Shown here: positions 1-7,941 of the stretch, in pieces | How the letters are laid out: the number at the start of each line of letters is the position of its first letter | Position numbering within the stretch: the first letter of the stretch is position 1 | IMG/VR virus record: IMGVR_UViG_3300036987_000023 | Coordinates: 1-45,715 of that record | Source of the DNA: a virus | Taxonomy: Duplodnaviria; Caudoviricetes | Strand: one strand, 5' to 3' | Length of the DNA stretch: 45,715 bases | Notes under the pieces: generated by a model | The model's database searches: none | What the model was told of the DNA's origin: nothing | What the model saw: only the letters and a program-made list of their open reading frames with translations | Position numbers and translations under genes: made by a program

Positions 1-107
1 TGGACAGAAGAATAATCCTTTTCCTTACCTGCCTTCTAATTCTCCCGATAACTGCATCGGCCAGGATGAACATGCTCGTGTCATGTGCTGGTGGGCAAGG
101 GGCGGCT
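1..107 (+). repeat. Left anchor, identical to 42650..42756
   Basis: tggacagaag...ggggcggct matches base for base for 107 nt, then diverges (gga vs tgt). Confidence 0.97.
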
Positions 108-632
108 GGATGTGACCCGGCAACTCAGTATGTGGGGGATAAAACTGATTATAGCGATGAGGTTGCGGCGGATGTATCAGATATATTTTATTGCTATATC
201 AGGTCTCCTACTTGCACTGGAACATTATCTTACGCTTACTACGAAGGAAGGTCAGGGGCGTCTCCATCAAATGCGAAGGTTCTTGCATACAGTTGTCCAT
301 CGGGGGACACATGCGATGGGTCTGTAGGGCCATCGGCTAATGCAGCACTGATGGCAACAGCCACAATTATATTACCTGAATCTTCTGCAATTACAAAAAG
401 TTCAGCAGAAGCAAGTGGTTCCGACACATCTGTAGCTACAACTGAAAAAATATGGATTTGCGCTGTAGCGAGTGGAGCAACAGCCCGGATGGTAAGAAGA
501 AATACTGGAGGGTCAAATAATCAGTATTCACTTACTATCGCTGGTGGTTATGCGTCTCCTCCTGCTACGCTGCCTGGTGGATTTACTCAGACAGCAGGTC
601 GAGATCAAGGCGTTTATTTTGAGATCAAATAG
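1..632 (+). CDS. Signal-peptide protein, allele A (ATG lies 1 nt before the window)
   Basis: Same N-terminus as 42649..43260 (MDRRIILFLTCLLILPITASARMNMLVSCAGGQGAA), followed by a different Ser/Thr/Gly/Cys-rich body. Confidence 0.85.
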   Translation, partial: DRRIILFLTCLLILPITASARMNMLVSCAGGQGAAGCDPATQYVGDKTDYSDEVAADVSDIFYCYIRSPTCTGTLSYAYYEGRSGASPSNAKVLAYSCPSGDTCDGSVGPSANAALMATATIILPESSAITKSSAEASGSDTSVATTEKIWICAVASGATARMVRRNTGGSNNQYSLTIAGGYASPPATLPGGFTQTAGRDQGVYFEIK

Positions 633-641
633 GGGCATTAG

Positions 642-3041
642 ATGAAAAAGTATCTTGTATTTTTAGTATTATTGATAGTGATGGTTTTCCCTGTATCTGT
701 ATCTGCCGCTGGGTATTGTGGTGCATGGGGGATCAGCGGGACTAATCCATGGACGGTAACGTCTGATGCCGGTGGTACACCCAGTGCCGCACATACAGAC
801 GTACAAGCCTGTATTAGCAATGCGACAGTAACCGCCGGAAGCACCCTGAACATAACATACGCAGGTGGAGTTACATGGCCCGGATATGCTACATACATAC
901 CTGCCGCGAAACCGTTGTCTTTGATCGGCCCCGGCGCGTCAGTTTTAACAATAACAGCAACCGGCAACTGGGTTATAGAAACCGGAGCGCATACAGGCGC
1001 GGGTGGTGCGGCAGGGACAAGGGTCAGCGGCTTTAAATTCTTAAGTGCTCTAGATCAAAAACGCCAGATGATTATGTTTCGCGGAAAGAATAACCGCGTC
1101 GATCATTGCGTTTACGAGAGCATAATATCCACCAGCACGACAGGTACGCCGAATTTTGTCGGATTCTGGGGCGGGACTGGTGTGTCCGCGTCTGGCGTTG
1201 CGGATAATAATATTGTAATTAACGGCGGCATAACACAGGGCGGTCTTGGCGACTATGCTACCCAGCGAAATGTTTGGGCAGCGGATATCGTGCTAGGTGA
1301 TGAAAATCAGGTTTTCGTTGAAGATAATTATTTTTATTCGTCAACCGGAACCAGTGTAAAACAGGTATTGGATGCAACCAATGCGTCACGGAGTACCTAC
1401 AGGTACAATACTATTTATAACGGTTGGATTAATGTACACAGCATCCAGGATTCCCAATCGCGTGGTGTGCGGTCATCAGAAATATATGGCAACAAATCTC
1501 ACATATCGACCACCAATGAAGGTTACGGGCCGCTTGCTGGTTCCGGACTGATTTATGGAAATGATTTTGTATCTGCAACATATAATTCCAGTATTTCGTT
1601 CGGTAATAACAGGAGTGAGTGGGGGGACGCGGACGATTTCGGCTCTGCGCATAGATGCAACGGCGCATCTTTCTGGGATGGGAATACAGCGATTAACAAT
1701 GGGACAGGGACTCACACAGGCACAACATCATCGACCGTCCTAACAGATAGCACTAAATCGTGGACCACTAACGCCCTCATAGGCATGACCATAACGAATG
1801 AAACAAAGGGCGGCTTGACCGGCACACTGGCAGGGGCGGCTTGTATTATTACAGCGAATACCAGCACCAGCGCAACATGCTCAGCAGGTTTTTTTGATTC
1901 CTCAACGCTAGAAAACACTAATGAATATAAAATATCTGCTGGCTATCCCTGCCGTGATCAGATTGGCATGGGTACTGATGTGTCAACGTGGACAAGTTTT
2001 CCAACAGCTACAACTAAAGCTCCGAGCCAAGTATCTGCACCGGTATATGTATGGCAAAACTTTAATGATGCCTCATCCCTTATTACTGCGGGGGTGTTCT
2101 CTTCGACTTTAGGTGGAGTAATATTAGGTGGGCGTGATTTTCAAAATCATAACAATACGAATTGCGCTGCTGGTGGGGCAGCGTGTACGGCTGGCGTTGG
2201 ATGCGGAACCCTTGCCAATCGTCCAAGCTCTTGCACAACTGGCGTTGGATACTGGGCCACCAACCAAACTAATTGTGCCGATATTACGGGATATGCAGGA
2301 GCTTCGATTTGTGATTATGTTACAAACCCAAGCTGTACACCTGACAGGTCTGCATCAACTACCTATGCTGGCACACTTTACAAATGCACCTCAACCGATA
2401 CATGGGAAGAATACTTTACACCTTACGATTACCCACATCCCCTGCGTGGAGAAGTAGCCCCGCCCGATAGCACAGCCCCGCAAGTGTCATCCGTATCAGT
2501 CAACCCCGCAGGAACCTCCCTGACAATCACTTGCGATGAACCTGTAAACTTTGGCGCGGGTGGTAACGGCGGGTTTGTTCTTGACCCATCGGGCGCGGAC
2601 GTAACCTTGACCTACGCATCCGGCGCAGGAACGGCAAGCCTTGTCTATACTATCTCGCGGCCAATTTTACAGAGCGAAAACCTCACACTGGCCTACACGC
2701 AGCCCACGGCAGGGGTTGAGGACGTATCAGCATTAACCAATGATCTGGCTTCATTCACGGGTCGCAGCGTCGGAAATGGGTCAACATATACCGGCGAAGC
2801 AACGATCAGAACGCTGACACTGACCACAGGCACAGGGGTTTCGGGAATGTCAAACTACCCCACAGGAACCACGTTTGCGGATGGAACGGCGGTAACAGTG
2901 AGCGCCGCCTGCCATAACGGATGGCGAAACGCTGTTTACTCAGGTGACTGCAACGCGACAACGGGGAACGTAGCAATGTCTGCCAATCGGTCATGCTCGG
3001 CTACCTGCTCACAGACTCCCGTTTTAAATTGGGTGCAATAA
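642..3041 (+). CDS. Secreted-type Cys-rich adhesin/receptor-binding-like protein, allele A: beta-helix-like body, SwmB-like domain, InlB B-repeat-like C-terminus
   Basis: Signal peptide MKKYLVFLVLLIVMVFPVSVSA; beta-helix-like strands (RVSGFKF, RVDHCVY, VFVEDNYF, YRYNTIYN); DSTAPQVSSVSV...LTLAYTQP; TFADGTAVTVSA...YSGDC...MSANRSCSAT. Domain names are by-eye recognition. Confidence 0.75.
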   Translation: MKKYLVFLVLLIVMVFPVSVSAAGYCGAWGISGTNPWTVTSDAGGTPSAAHTDVQACISNATVTAGSTLNITYAGGVTWPGYATYIPAAKPLSLIGPGASVLTITATGNWVIETGAHTGAGGAAGTRVSGFKFLSALDQKRQMIMFRGKNNRVDHCVYESIISTSTTGTPNFVGFWGGTGVSASGVADNNIVINGGITQGGLGDYATQRNVWAADIVLGDENQVFVEDNYFYSSTGTSVKQVLDATNASRSTYRYNTIYNGWINVHSIQDSQSRGVRSSEIYGNKSHISTTNEGYGPLAGSGLIYGNDFVSATYNSSISFGNNRSEWGDADDFGSAHRCNGASFWDGNTAINNGTGTHTGTTSSTVLTDSTKSWTTNALIGMTITNETKGGLTGTLAGAACIITANTSTSATCSAGFFDSSTLENTNEYKISAGYPCRDQIGMGTDVSTWTSFPTATTKAPSQVSAPVYVWQNFNDASSLITAGVFSSTLGGVILGGRDFQNHNNTNCAAGGAACTAGVGCGTLANRPSSCTTGVGYWATNQTNCADITGYAGASICDYVTNPSCTPDRSASTTYAGTLYKCTSTDTWEEYFTPYDYPHPLRGEVAPPDSTAPQVSSVSVNPAGTSLTITCDEPVNFGAGGNGGFVLDPSGADVTLTYASGAGTASLVYTISRPILQSENLTLAYTQPTAGVEDVSALTNDLASFTGRSVGNGSTYTGEATIRTLTLTTGTGVSGMSNYPTGTTFADGTAVTVSAACHNGWRNAVYSGDCNATTGNVAMSANRSCSATCSQTPVLNWVQ

Positions 3042-3235
3042 TGGAAGAACTCTTTGAACTGATTGAAGCGGTTTTCGAGTGCCACATGGCAGCAATGGAA
3101 TCAATCATGCAATATCAGCGCGACGTAATGGGGCTGTATGAAAGTGATCTTGGAACACGAAGCAGTGATGTGGAATCCAGCGAGGCCTCGAGAGACGCCG
3201 TGGCCGGACTGTTCGATTGTTCCCCGCGTTTCTGA
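3041..3235 (+). CDS. Small hypothetical protein (MEELFEL...)
   Basis: TAATG coupling to the upstream gene; ORF stays open in both alleles; its 3' half overlaps the next ORF. Confidence 0.5.
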   Translation: MEELFELIEAVFECHMAAMESIMQYQRDVMGLYESDLGTRSSDVESSEASRDAVAGLFDCSPRF

Positions 3236-3344
3236 TGGGGGTCAAACAAGCTGGCTTCTGGAGACACTATCGGGGGAGGTCTGGCTCTCACGGCTGGACG
3301 TGATTATAAAGGTGGGAAACGGGAACTATATTTTAATGAGGTGA
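3138..3344 (+). CDS. Small hypothetical protein
   Basis: Several allele differences are synonymous in this frame (cct/ccg, acg/aca, ctt ctg/ctc ttg). Confidence 0.7.
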   Translation: MKVILEHEAVMWNPARPRETPWPDCSIVPRVSDGGQTSWLLETLSGEVWLSRLDVIIKVGNGNYILMR

Positions 3345-3417
3345 GAAAATGGTCGATAAAAACGGTAAACCTATCACATGGAAATGGATTGTAGGGGTTC
3401 TACTCACGTTGCTTTTG
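3319..3417 (+). repeat. Right anchor, identical to 45617..45715
   Basis: acgggaactata...gttgcttttg identical for 99 nt up to the contig end. Confidence 0.97.
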
Positions 3418-3582
3418 ATTGTTGGTAGTTTTGCCGCAGCATCGGTCAAGGAACGCGCAGATACAGCACACCTCAGGATTGACGTTATGCAGGAAAAGAA
3501 GGTCGATAAAGATCGTTACGAGTGCGACATGAACAGGATTGAAAAGAAGCTGGATACCCTGATTGAACGGACGAGCAAATGA
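3349..3582 (+). CDS. Membrane protein of the lysis module (holin/antiholin-like)
   Basis: One TM helix (WIVGVLLTLLLIVGSFAAA) plus a coiled-coil tail; directly precedes the endolysin. Confidence 0.65.
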   Translation: MVDKNGKPITWKWIVGVLLTLLLIVGSFAAASVKERADTAHLRIDVMQEKKVDKDRYECDMNRIEKKLDTLIERTSK

Positions 3583-3884
3583 GCGAACTATTTGACAAAA
3601 GAGCTAAGTTTACCGGATACGTTGCCGATCTCATTGACTACATGATAAGCGAAGGATATACCCCCCTGCTTGGCAAGGACGGCCTCAAGCACATGAAAAA
3701 CAGCCTGCACTATGAAGGACTCGCTGTAGACATTGACCTCTTTAAAGACGGCAAATACCTCGTTACAACCGAAGATCATAAGCAGTTTGGTGAGTTTTGG
3801 GAAGGACTCGACGATGACTGTGCATGGGGTGGTAGATTCAAGGACGGCAATCACTACAGCATTAAGTATGGTGGGCGAAAATGA
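3579..3884 (+). CDS. Endolysin, M15 family zinc peptidase
   Basis: SLHYEGLAVD (SxHxxGxAxD) and WGGRFKDGNHYS motifs. Confidence 0.9.
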   Translation: MSELFDKRAKFTGYVADLIDYMISEGYTPLLGKDGLKHMKNSLHYEGLAVDIDLFKDGKYLVTTEDHKQFGEFWEGLDDDCAWGGRFKDGNHYSIKYGGRK

Positions 3885-4300
3885 CAATCATCCCGACAAC
3901 GATCAAACTTGAACTGATACCAGGAAGCAGGGGCAGATATTGGCGTTTATTGGAAACGTGGGGGTTCTACTCCGGCACATTAAAAAGCGGTGTGCTTATC
4001 CCGAAGGGCTTTGTTTGGGATCTGGAATCGACTTCGCCATACAGAGGCCAGAACCCGATGGCTGGAACTGCGCACGACTATCTCTGCCGAAAGGACTCTG
4101 ACCCTATCGTAAGCAAGGAAATGGCGGCAAAAGTCTATCACGAAATTGCCTGTCACGAAGATGGTAACTGGACGGACAGAAACCTGCCACAAAGGATATG
4201 GGACTGGATAACAAACAAGGTCAAGCGCAACGTGGTCATTGTTGCGCCTGGGTATTTCCACAAACATGAAGTCATGGCACATTATGAGGATTTTAAATGA
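3881..4300 (+). CDS. DUF1353-like protein
   Basis: IPKGFVWDLES...AHDYLC pattern; typical neighbour of lysis genes. Confidence 0.75.
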   Translation: MTIIPTTIKLELIPGSRGRYWRLLETWGFYSGTLKSGVLIPKGFVWDLESTSPYRGQNPMAGTAHDYLCRKDSDPIVSKEMAAKVYHEIACHEDGNWTDRNLPQRIWDWITNKVKRNVVIVAPGYFHKHEVMAHYEDFK

Positions 4301-4473
4301 AAAACTGGAAAACAACTATACTTGGAATCTTAGGCGCAATCGCGGTGGTAGTTTACCCGATCATCGCAAACGGTGAGTTCAAATGGGAATCAGTCGGCAT
4401 TGCCGCATTCGTGGCCGCAATGGGCTACCTTGCGAAAGACCACGACGTTACCGGCGGGACGAAGGCTCAGTAA
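4297..4473 (+). CDS. 58-aa two-TM holin-like protein (not in the ORF track)
   Basis: Manual translation MKNWKTTILGILGAIAVVVYPIIANGEFKWESVGIAAFVAAMGYLAKDHDVTGGTKAQ; ATGA overlap with the previous stop. Confidence 0.8.
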   Translation: MKNWKTTILGILGAIAVVVYPIIANGEFKWESVGIAAFVAAMGYLAKDHDVTGGTKAQ

Positions 4474-4552
4474 GCATAGTACCCCCGACCGCCTCTGTTA
4501 GCCGCCGGAGATAGCATCTCAGGAAAAGACACGCGCACCAGCGGGGGTGCTT

Positions 4553-4798
4553 TCATTCATTCGCCTCTCTTTTAATTAAGTCGTGTATATCACAGATACA
4601 TCTTTTAGCAAATTCAATGGCATCTCCTTTATTCTGGAATGATGGTGTGTCAACCCACGCATAAACCTGTTCAATGGAATATGTTGCTTTACGGAAGATT
4701 TTTTTATGCTTAACTATTACGTACCAAAACCTGTCATCAAGACCAACGTAATTACCGCGAACAATTATTCTATCAGACAATGGTGATAATAAATTCAT
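4553..4798 (-). CDS. Hypothetical early protein
   Basis: Last ORF of the minus-strand operon; ATGA-coupled to its neighbour. Confidence 0.65.
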   Translation of the reverse strand: MNLLSPLSDRIIVRGNYVGLDDRFWYVIVKHKKIFRKATYSIEQVYAWVDTPSFQNKGDAIEFAKRCICDIHDLIKREANE

Positions 4799-4983
4799 TC
4801 CTTCGCCTCCGCAGCTTTGCAGACGGCCTCACGCCAATAAGCTTTTTCTGCTCTGTCAAAATGCAGGTATCTACCAGTCATCAGGCATAAATTATCATTT
4901 CGACCTCCTCGTAGCTTGCAATACCCGCAATGCCCACCGTCGTCTGATACTTCAATCTTAACCTGTATCACCCTTTCTTGCAT
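4795..4983 (-). CDS. Small Cys-rich hypothetical protein (MQERVIQV...)
   Basis: GGAGG RBS before the ATG at 4983; CGYC motif. Confidence 0.65.
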   Translation of the reverse strand: MQERVIQVKIEVSDDGGHCGYCKLRGGRNDNLCLMTGRYLHFDRAEKAYWREAVCKAAEAKE

Positions 4984-5435
4984 ACGACCTCCTGATGGTA
5001 AGCGCGCAAAACAGAAACACAATCTTCACACGTCCCTGCCTCATAGGGACAATGGTACTCCATCTTCTCCATCGCCTCGACCGCCCTCTGCCACTTTGCG
5101 ACCTGCTCAGTCAAAACGCTAATCGCTTGTCTTACAACATCTTCCAACCTACCATTTTTATAGTCGTAGGCAGGAGAACATTGAGCGCACTGCAATTCAC
5201 CATCATCTCCATAAAGCCCTCTATGTCCGTGACCCACCCATAGCAACTTACGAATTGTCAGAACCTCTGCTTTCAGCCGGTCAATCTCGGCTTGCTGGGC
5301 ATCAATGCAATCCGCAGCTACCTGCATCTGATCATACGGTGCGCCATCGCAACCGCCTTGTCCTGCTAAACAGCGCAATACTGATTGAATAGGTTCTTCA
5401 CTGTTGTTGATACTTAATGGATTGACGATCTTCAT
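4968..5435 (-). CDS. Hypothetical early protein
   Basis: 155-aa ORF with AAGGAGGG RBS; coiled-coil and Cys motifs. Confidence 0.7.
   Translation of the reverse strand: MKIVNPLSINNSEEPIQSVLRCLAGQGGCDGAPYDQMQVAADCIDAQQAEIDRLKAEVLTIRKLLWVGHGHRGLYGDDGELQCAQCSPAYDYKNGRLEDVVRQAISVLTEQVAKWQRAVEAMEKMEYHCPYEAGTCEDCVSVLRAYHQEVVCKKG
4973..5004. repeat. 32-nt gene-junction repeat, copy 1
   Basis: ctttcttgcatacgacctcctgatggtaagcg, 30/32 identical to 6251..6282. Confidence 0.9.
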
Positions 5436-5514
5436 TTTCCCTCCTTGACTTTTCGGCTAAAGTTCGTAAAAAGTCGATCTGTATAACATAGCACTAACTA
5501 TGTTCTTTTCCGAC

Positions 5515-5838
5515 CTATCTGTCGGATCTACGCATTTCGTAGACATTAAAATTATGCCTATCATGCTTTTTACCTAGTTTATCAGCCAATGGCCCATATA
5601 TATGCCCATAACAACCATTCCCAGGAGGCGGTGCAAATATACCTAGTTTCCCCGGGGAATAGTTTGCAAGCCAGTAGCCTCTCCGAAGATAATCATTTAA
5701 TCTTTCCTCTGTAAGTTCCACCCCAAAAAGGAAAATACCTCCTCTTTTAACTCTTTCTTCATGTGATATGCAATCTTTTGCATTATCAAAAGTCTTGCCA
5801 TCAGCGGAAATATATTCTTTTGTTATTTTTTCTTCCAT
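5515..5838 (-). CDS. Hypothetical cassette-type protein
   Basis: 107 aa, GGAGG RBS, start lies just inside attC site 1. Confidence 0.75.
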   Translation of the reverse strand: MEEKITKEYISADGKTFDNAKDCISHEERVKRGGIFLFGVELTEERLNDYLRRGYWLANYSPGKLGIFAPPPGNGCYGHIYGPLADKLGKKHDRHNFNVYEMRRSDR

Positions 5839-5861
5839 GTTATTAAACCCTCCACAAAATC

Positions 5862-5922
5862 AGACAACAAGAGCATTCAGCCGATCGTCGCTCCGCTCCT
5901 CCCGGTGAGCTTTGCGTTATGC
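5862..5922 (+). repeat. attC-like site 1 (partly degenerate)
   Basis: AGACAAC-aagag-CATTCAGC...GGTGAGC-tttgc-GTTATGC; right part 35/39 identical to site 6; L boxes pair poorly. Confidence 0.75.
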
Positions 5923-6261
5923 AGATAATGAATTTTCACTATCCTGCTGTCTGCTCCAACACCCACACGGATGCTGGAAATATCCACGCTGCTGCTCGTA
6001 AGTAAAGAGAGTAGCTTTTGTTAAGTCGGGCGGTTCTGTCATAAACCGTTCACATCCATCATGTCCTATTCCATGAGGAATACATTTAGCCATTCCACAA
6101 AAACATCGGTGATCATGGTTTATTCCATTTTTGAGTTTGCCTGCTATTTCTTCAATCAATTTCTGATTGATTGGCGCAACCTCACATTTCTTATCATACG
6201 GGTGATGCTTATGACATAGAGGACAAAAAATAATATTCGCTATTACGTCTCTTTCTTGCAT
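5917..6261 (-). CDS. Cys/His-rich hypothetical cassette protein
   Basis: CPLCHKHH, HRCFC, HPCGC; TAA stop overlaps GTTA of site 1. Confidence 0.75.
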   Translation of the reverse strand: MQERDVIANIIFCPLCHKHHPYDKKCEVAPINQKLIEEIAGKLKNGINHDHRCFCGMAKCIPHGIGHDGCERFMTEPPDLTKATLFTYEQQRGYFQHPCGCWSRQQDSENSLSA

Positions 6262-6476
6262 ACGGCCTCCTGCTGGTAAGCGTGGTCAATCGCTTCACGA
6301 ATACTTTTTTTCCATTCCTTCTTTTTGATAAAAAAGGCTGTGTCAATATCACCAGGGAATTTTTTGGGAATGCTTTGCATCCCAAATGTTGCAACTACCC
6401 AGTGACTATGGTCATCAGAGACTAAAGCCGAGCCATGCTGTTTTTCCAACCAATCAATTCTTTTTTTGTCGTTCAT
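6243..6476 (-). CDS. Hypothetical phage protein (MNDKKRIDWLEKQ...SIREAID)
   Basis: GGAGGA RBS at 6481..6486. The longer ORF-track start reads through an attC site and was not used. Confidence 0.75.
   Translation of the reverse strand: MNDKKRIDWLEKQHGSALVSDDHSHWVVATFGMQSIPKKFPGDIDTAFFIKKKEWKKSIREAIDHAYQQEAVCKKET
6251..6282. repeat. 32-nt gene-junction repeat, copy 2
   Basis: ctttcttgcatacggcctcctgctggtaagcg. Confidence 0.9.
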
Positions 6477-6496
6477 TATGTCCTCCGTTAATAATT

Positions 6497-6552
6497 GCCC
6501 AACAAGGGCAATCCAGCCGAGCGCTACGCTCCGGCTGATTTTTTCGTTGGAT
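6497..6552 (+). repeat. attC-like site 2
   Basis: GCCCAAC-aagggc-AATCCAGC...GCTGATT-ttttc-GTTGGAT; left L box equals the reverse complement of the right one plus one extra C. Confidence 0.88.
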
Positions 6553-6556
6553 TCGG

Positions 6557-6892
6557 CTACCAACTTACGGATTCTAATTTTACAAAGTCAGTAATTAAGA
6601 TTGGCTCTTTTTCATTTACAGCCACTGTTGTTTTATCGAGGTCTACTGTTATGATTTGTCTATCTCCGTCATGGACTTTTTGTGTGATTCCATATCCAGT
6701 TAAATCGTTCTCGTGCCCGCGAACCATGTCGCAAAATATTATGCGCGTGAGATATTGGAAGTCATCAATCCTGTCGGCTCCTCGTTTTAACGCCGCTTGT
6801 AAAACGCTCGGCAGTGCGTACCCATTCCAGTGTGTGTATAAACAGACTTGTTCATCCGATTCCTTTACTACTACGTTTGCTCTGTCTCCCAT
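6557..6892 (-). CDS. Hypothetical cassette protein (MGDRAN...LYTHWNG)
   Basis: AAGGAG RBS; fills cassette 6547..6983. Confidence 0.85.
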   Translation of the reverse strand: MGDRANVVVKESDEQVCLYTHWNGYALPSVLQAALKRGADRIDDFQYLTRIIFCDMVRGHENDLTGYGITQKVHDGDRQIITVDLDKTTVAVNEKEPILITDFVKLESVSW

Positions 6893-6925
6893 AGTAATCT
6901 CCTTAATTTATTTGTTTAAAAAAAA

Positions 6926-6989
6926 ATCCAACAAATCCATGCAGCCGACTCGCTCGCGTTGCTCGCTCACGCTGATGTCTGCGTTGGGC
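6926..6989 (+). repeat. attC-like site 3
   Basis: ATCCAAC-aaatc-CATGCAGC...GCTGATG-tctgc-GTTGGGC; extra base at position 4 of the left L box. Confidence 0.9.
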
Positions 6990-7205
6990 CTATATATTCC
7001 CGGCCACAATGTCATACGATGAACTGAATCCATCCGCGAGCGCACAAAATTCCATCGCGCGAATTTTATCGGTTTCATCATTCGTCCGAATAAAACTTAG
7101 GGCGTATTCGCCAGCTTTTTTTAAAGCATCGTTTTTCTTCTCCACCAAGATACGAAGAATCTTCCCTTTCGGTGTTTCAACATTGAGAGTAGTGTTGGTT
7201 TTCAT
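6990..7205 (-). CDS. Hypothetical cassette protein
   Basis: 71 aa, AAAGGA RBS, fills cassette 6984..7284. Confidence 0.75.
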   Translation of the reverse strand: MKTNTTLNVETPKGKILRILVEKKNDALKKAGEYALSFIRTNDETDKIRAMEFCALADGFSSSYDIVAGNI

Positions 7206-7235
7206 TTTAAATCCTTTCCGCGCAGCAAATAGATC

Positions 7236-7290
7236 GCCAAACCAGGCAATCCAGCCGAGCGCTACGCTCCGGCTGATTTTTTCGTTATAT
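7236..7290 (+). repeat. attC-like site 4
   Basis: GCCAAAC-caggc-AATCCAGC...GCTGATT-ttttc-GTTATAT; 42 nt identical to site 2. Confidence 0.9.
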
Positions 7291-7512
7291 TTTCACCAAA
7301 TTTGAAAATCTGGCATCCTTAAAAAAATCATCAACCGTTTTACACGGGAAAAACCAACGCGGCTTGCCACGCTTTTTTAAATAAGTGAACGAAACGCCCG
7401 GCAAGGCTCCGTCATATTCGGGATGTCCTGGAATTAAAACAGCATTGATTTTCACGGAAGGCGTTTTTTCATAGCCATTATATAATAATTTATCTCCGGC
7501 ATTTATTTCCAT
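7285..7512 (-). CDS. Hypothetical cassette protein
   Basis: 75 aa, AAAGGA RBS, stop overlaps GTTA of site 4. Confidence 0.8.
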   Translation of the reverse strand: MEINAGDKLLYNGYEKTPSVKINAVLIPGHPEYDGALPGVSFTYLKKRGKPRWFFPCKTVDDFFKDARFSNLVKI

Positions 7513-7535
7513 TTACTTAGTCCTTTCAAAACAAA

Positions 7536-7600
7536 ATATAACCTGTCGTTCCAGTCGATCACTACGCTTCGCTCCGTTCCGCCTGAGCTTGGCGTTAGCA
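7536..7600 (+). repeat. attC-like site 5
   Basis: ATATAAC-ctgtc-GTTCCAGT...CCTGAGC-ttggc-GTTAGCA. Confidence 0.88.
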
Positions 7601-7915
7601 CCAATACAGTGCAACTTTGCACCTATCATCAAGTTCTTTGACATAAGCACCTGTTGGCCCTGTGATTCCAACCGTCTTTAAATCCTTCGCCAGAACAAAG
7701 ACAACTCGTTCACCGTATGGATTTTCTATGGTCTTTCCATAGTGCGTATCTTCATATTTATCGTCTCGGCTTACGTACGAGGTAAAATTATCATCAACTT
7801 CCATAGCCGGAAGTGCTCTTATGGCATCGTGAAGGTCGTAATCTCTATTAACCTGCAAAACAGTGTGAGAGAAAAAACTTGCATCGTAAGGTAATAATAT
7901 TAAATCAACTCCCAT
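7595..7915 (-). CDS. Hypothetical cassette protein (MGVDLILLP...VALYWC)
   Basis: AAGGAG RBS, stop overlaps GTTA of site 5. Confidence 0.85.
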   Translation of the reverse strand: MGVDLILLPYDASFFSHTVLQVNRDYDLHDAIRALPAMEVDDNFTSYVSRDDKYEDTHYGKTIENPYGERVVFVLAKDLKTVGITGPTGAYVKELDDRCKVALYWC

Positions 7916-7941
7916 TTTACTTTCTCCTTTTTAAAAAAAAG

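Noticed and set aside
5481-5525. Seventh attC site (gtataac...aacatag/ctatgtt and ccgac/gtcgg hairpins)
   Set aside because: No L-box pair and no GTTGTCT core matching site 1. At most a decayed site or a terminator.
6495-7305. Plus-strand ORFs 6495..7022 and 7009..7305 as normally oriented cassette genes
   Set aside because: They run through attC sites and are antisense shadows of RBS-bearing minus-strand genes that fit the cassette boundaries.
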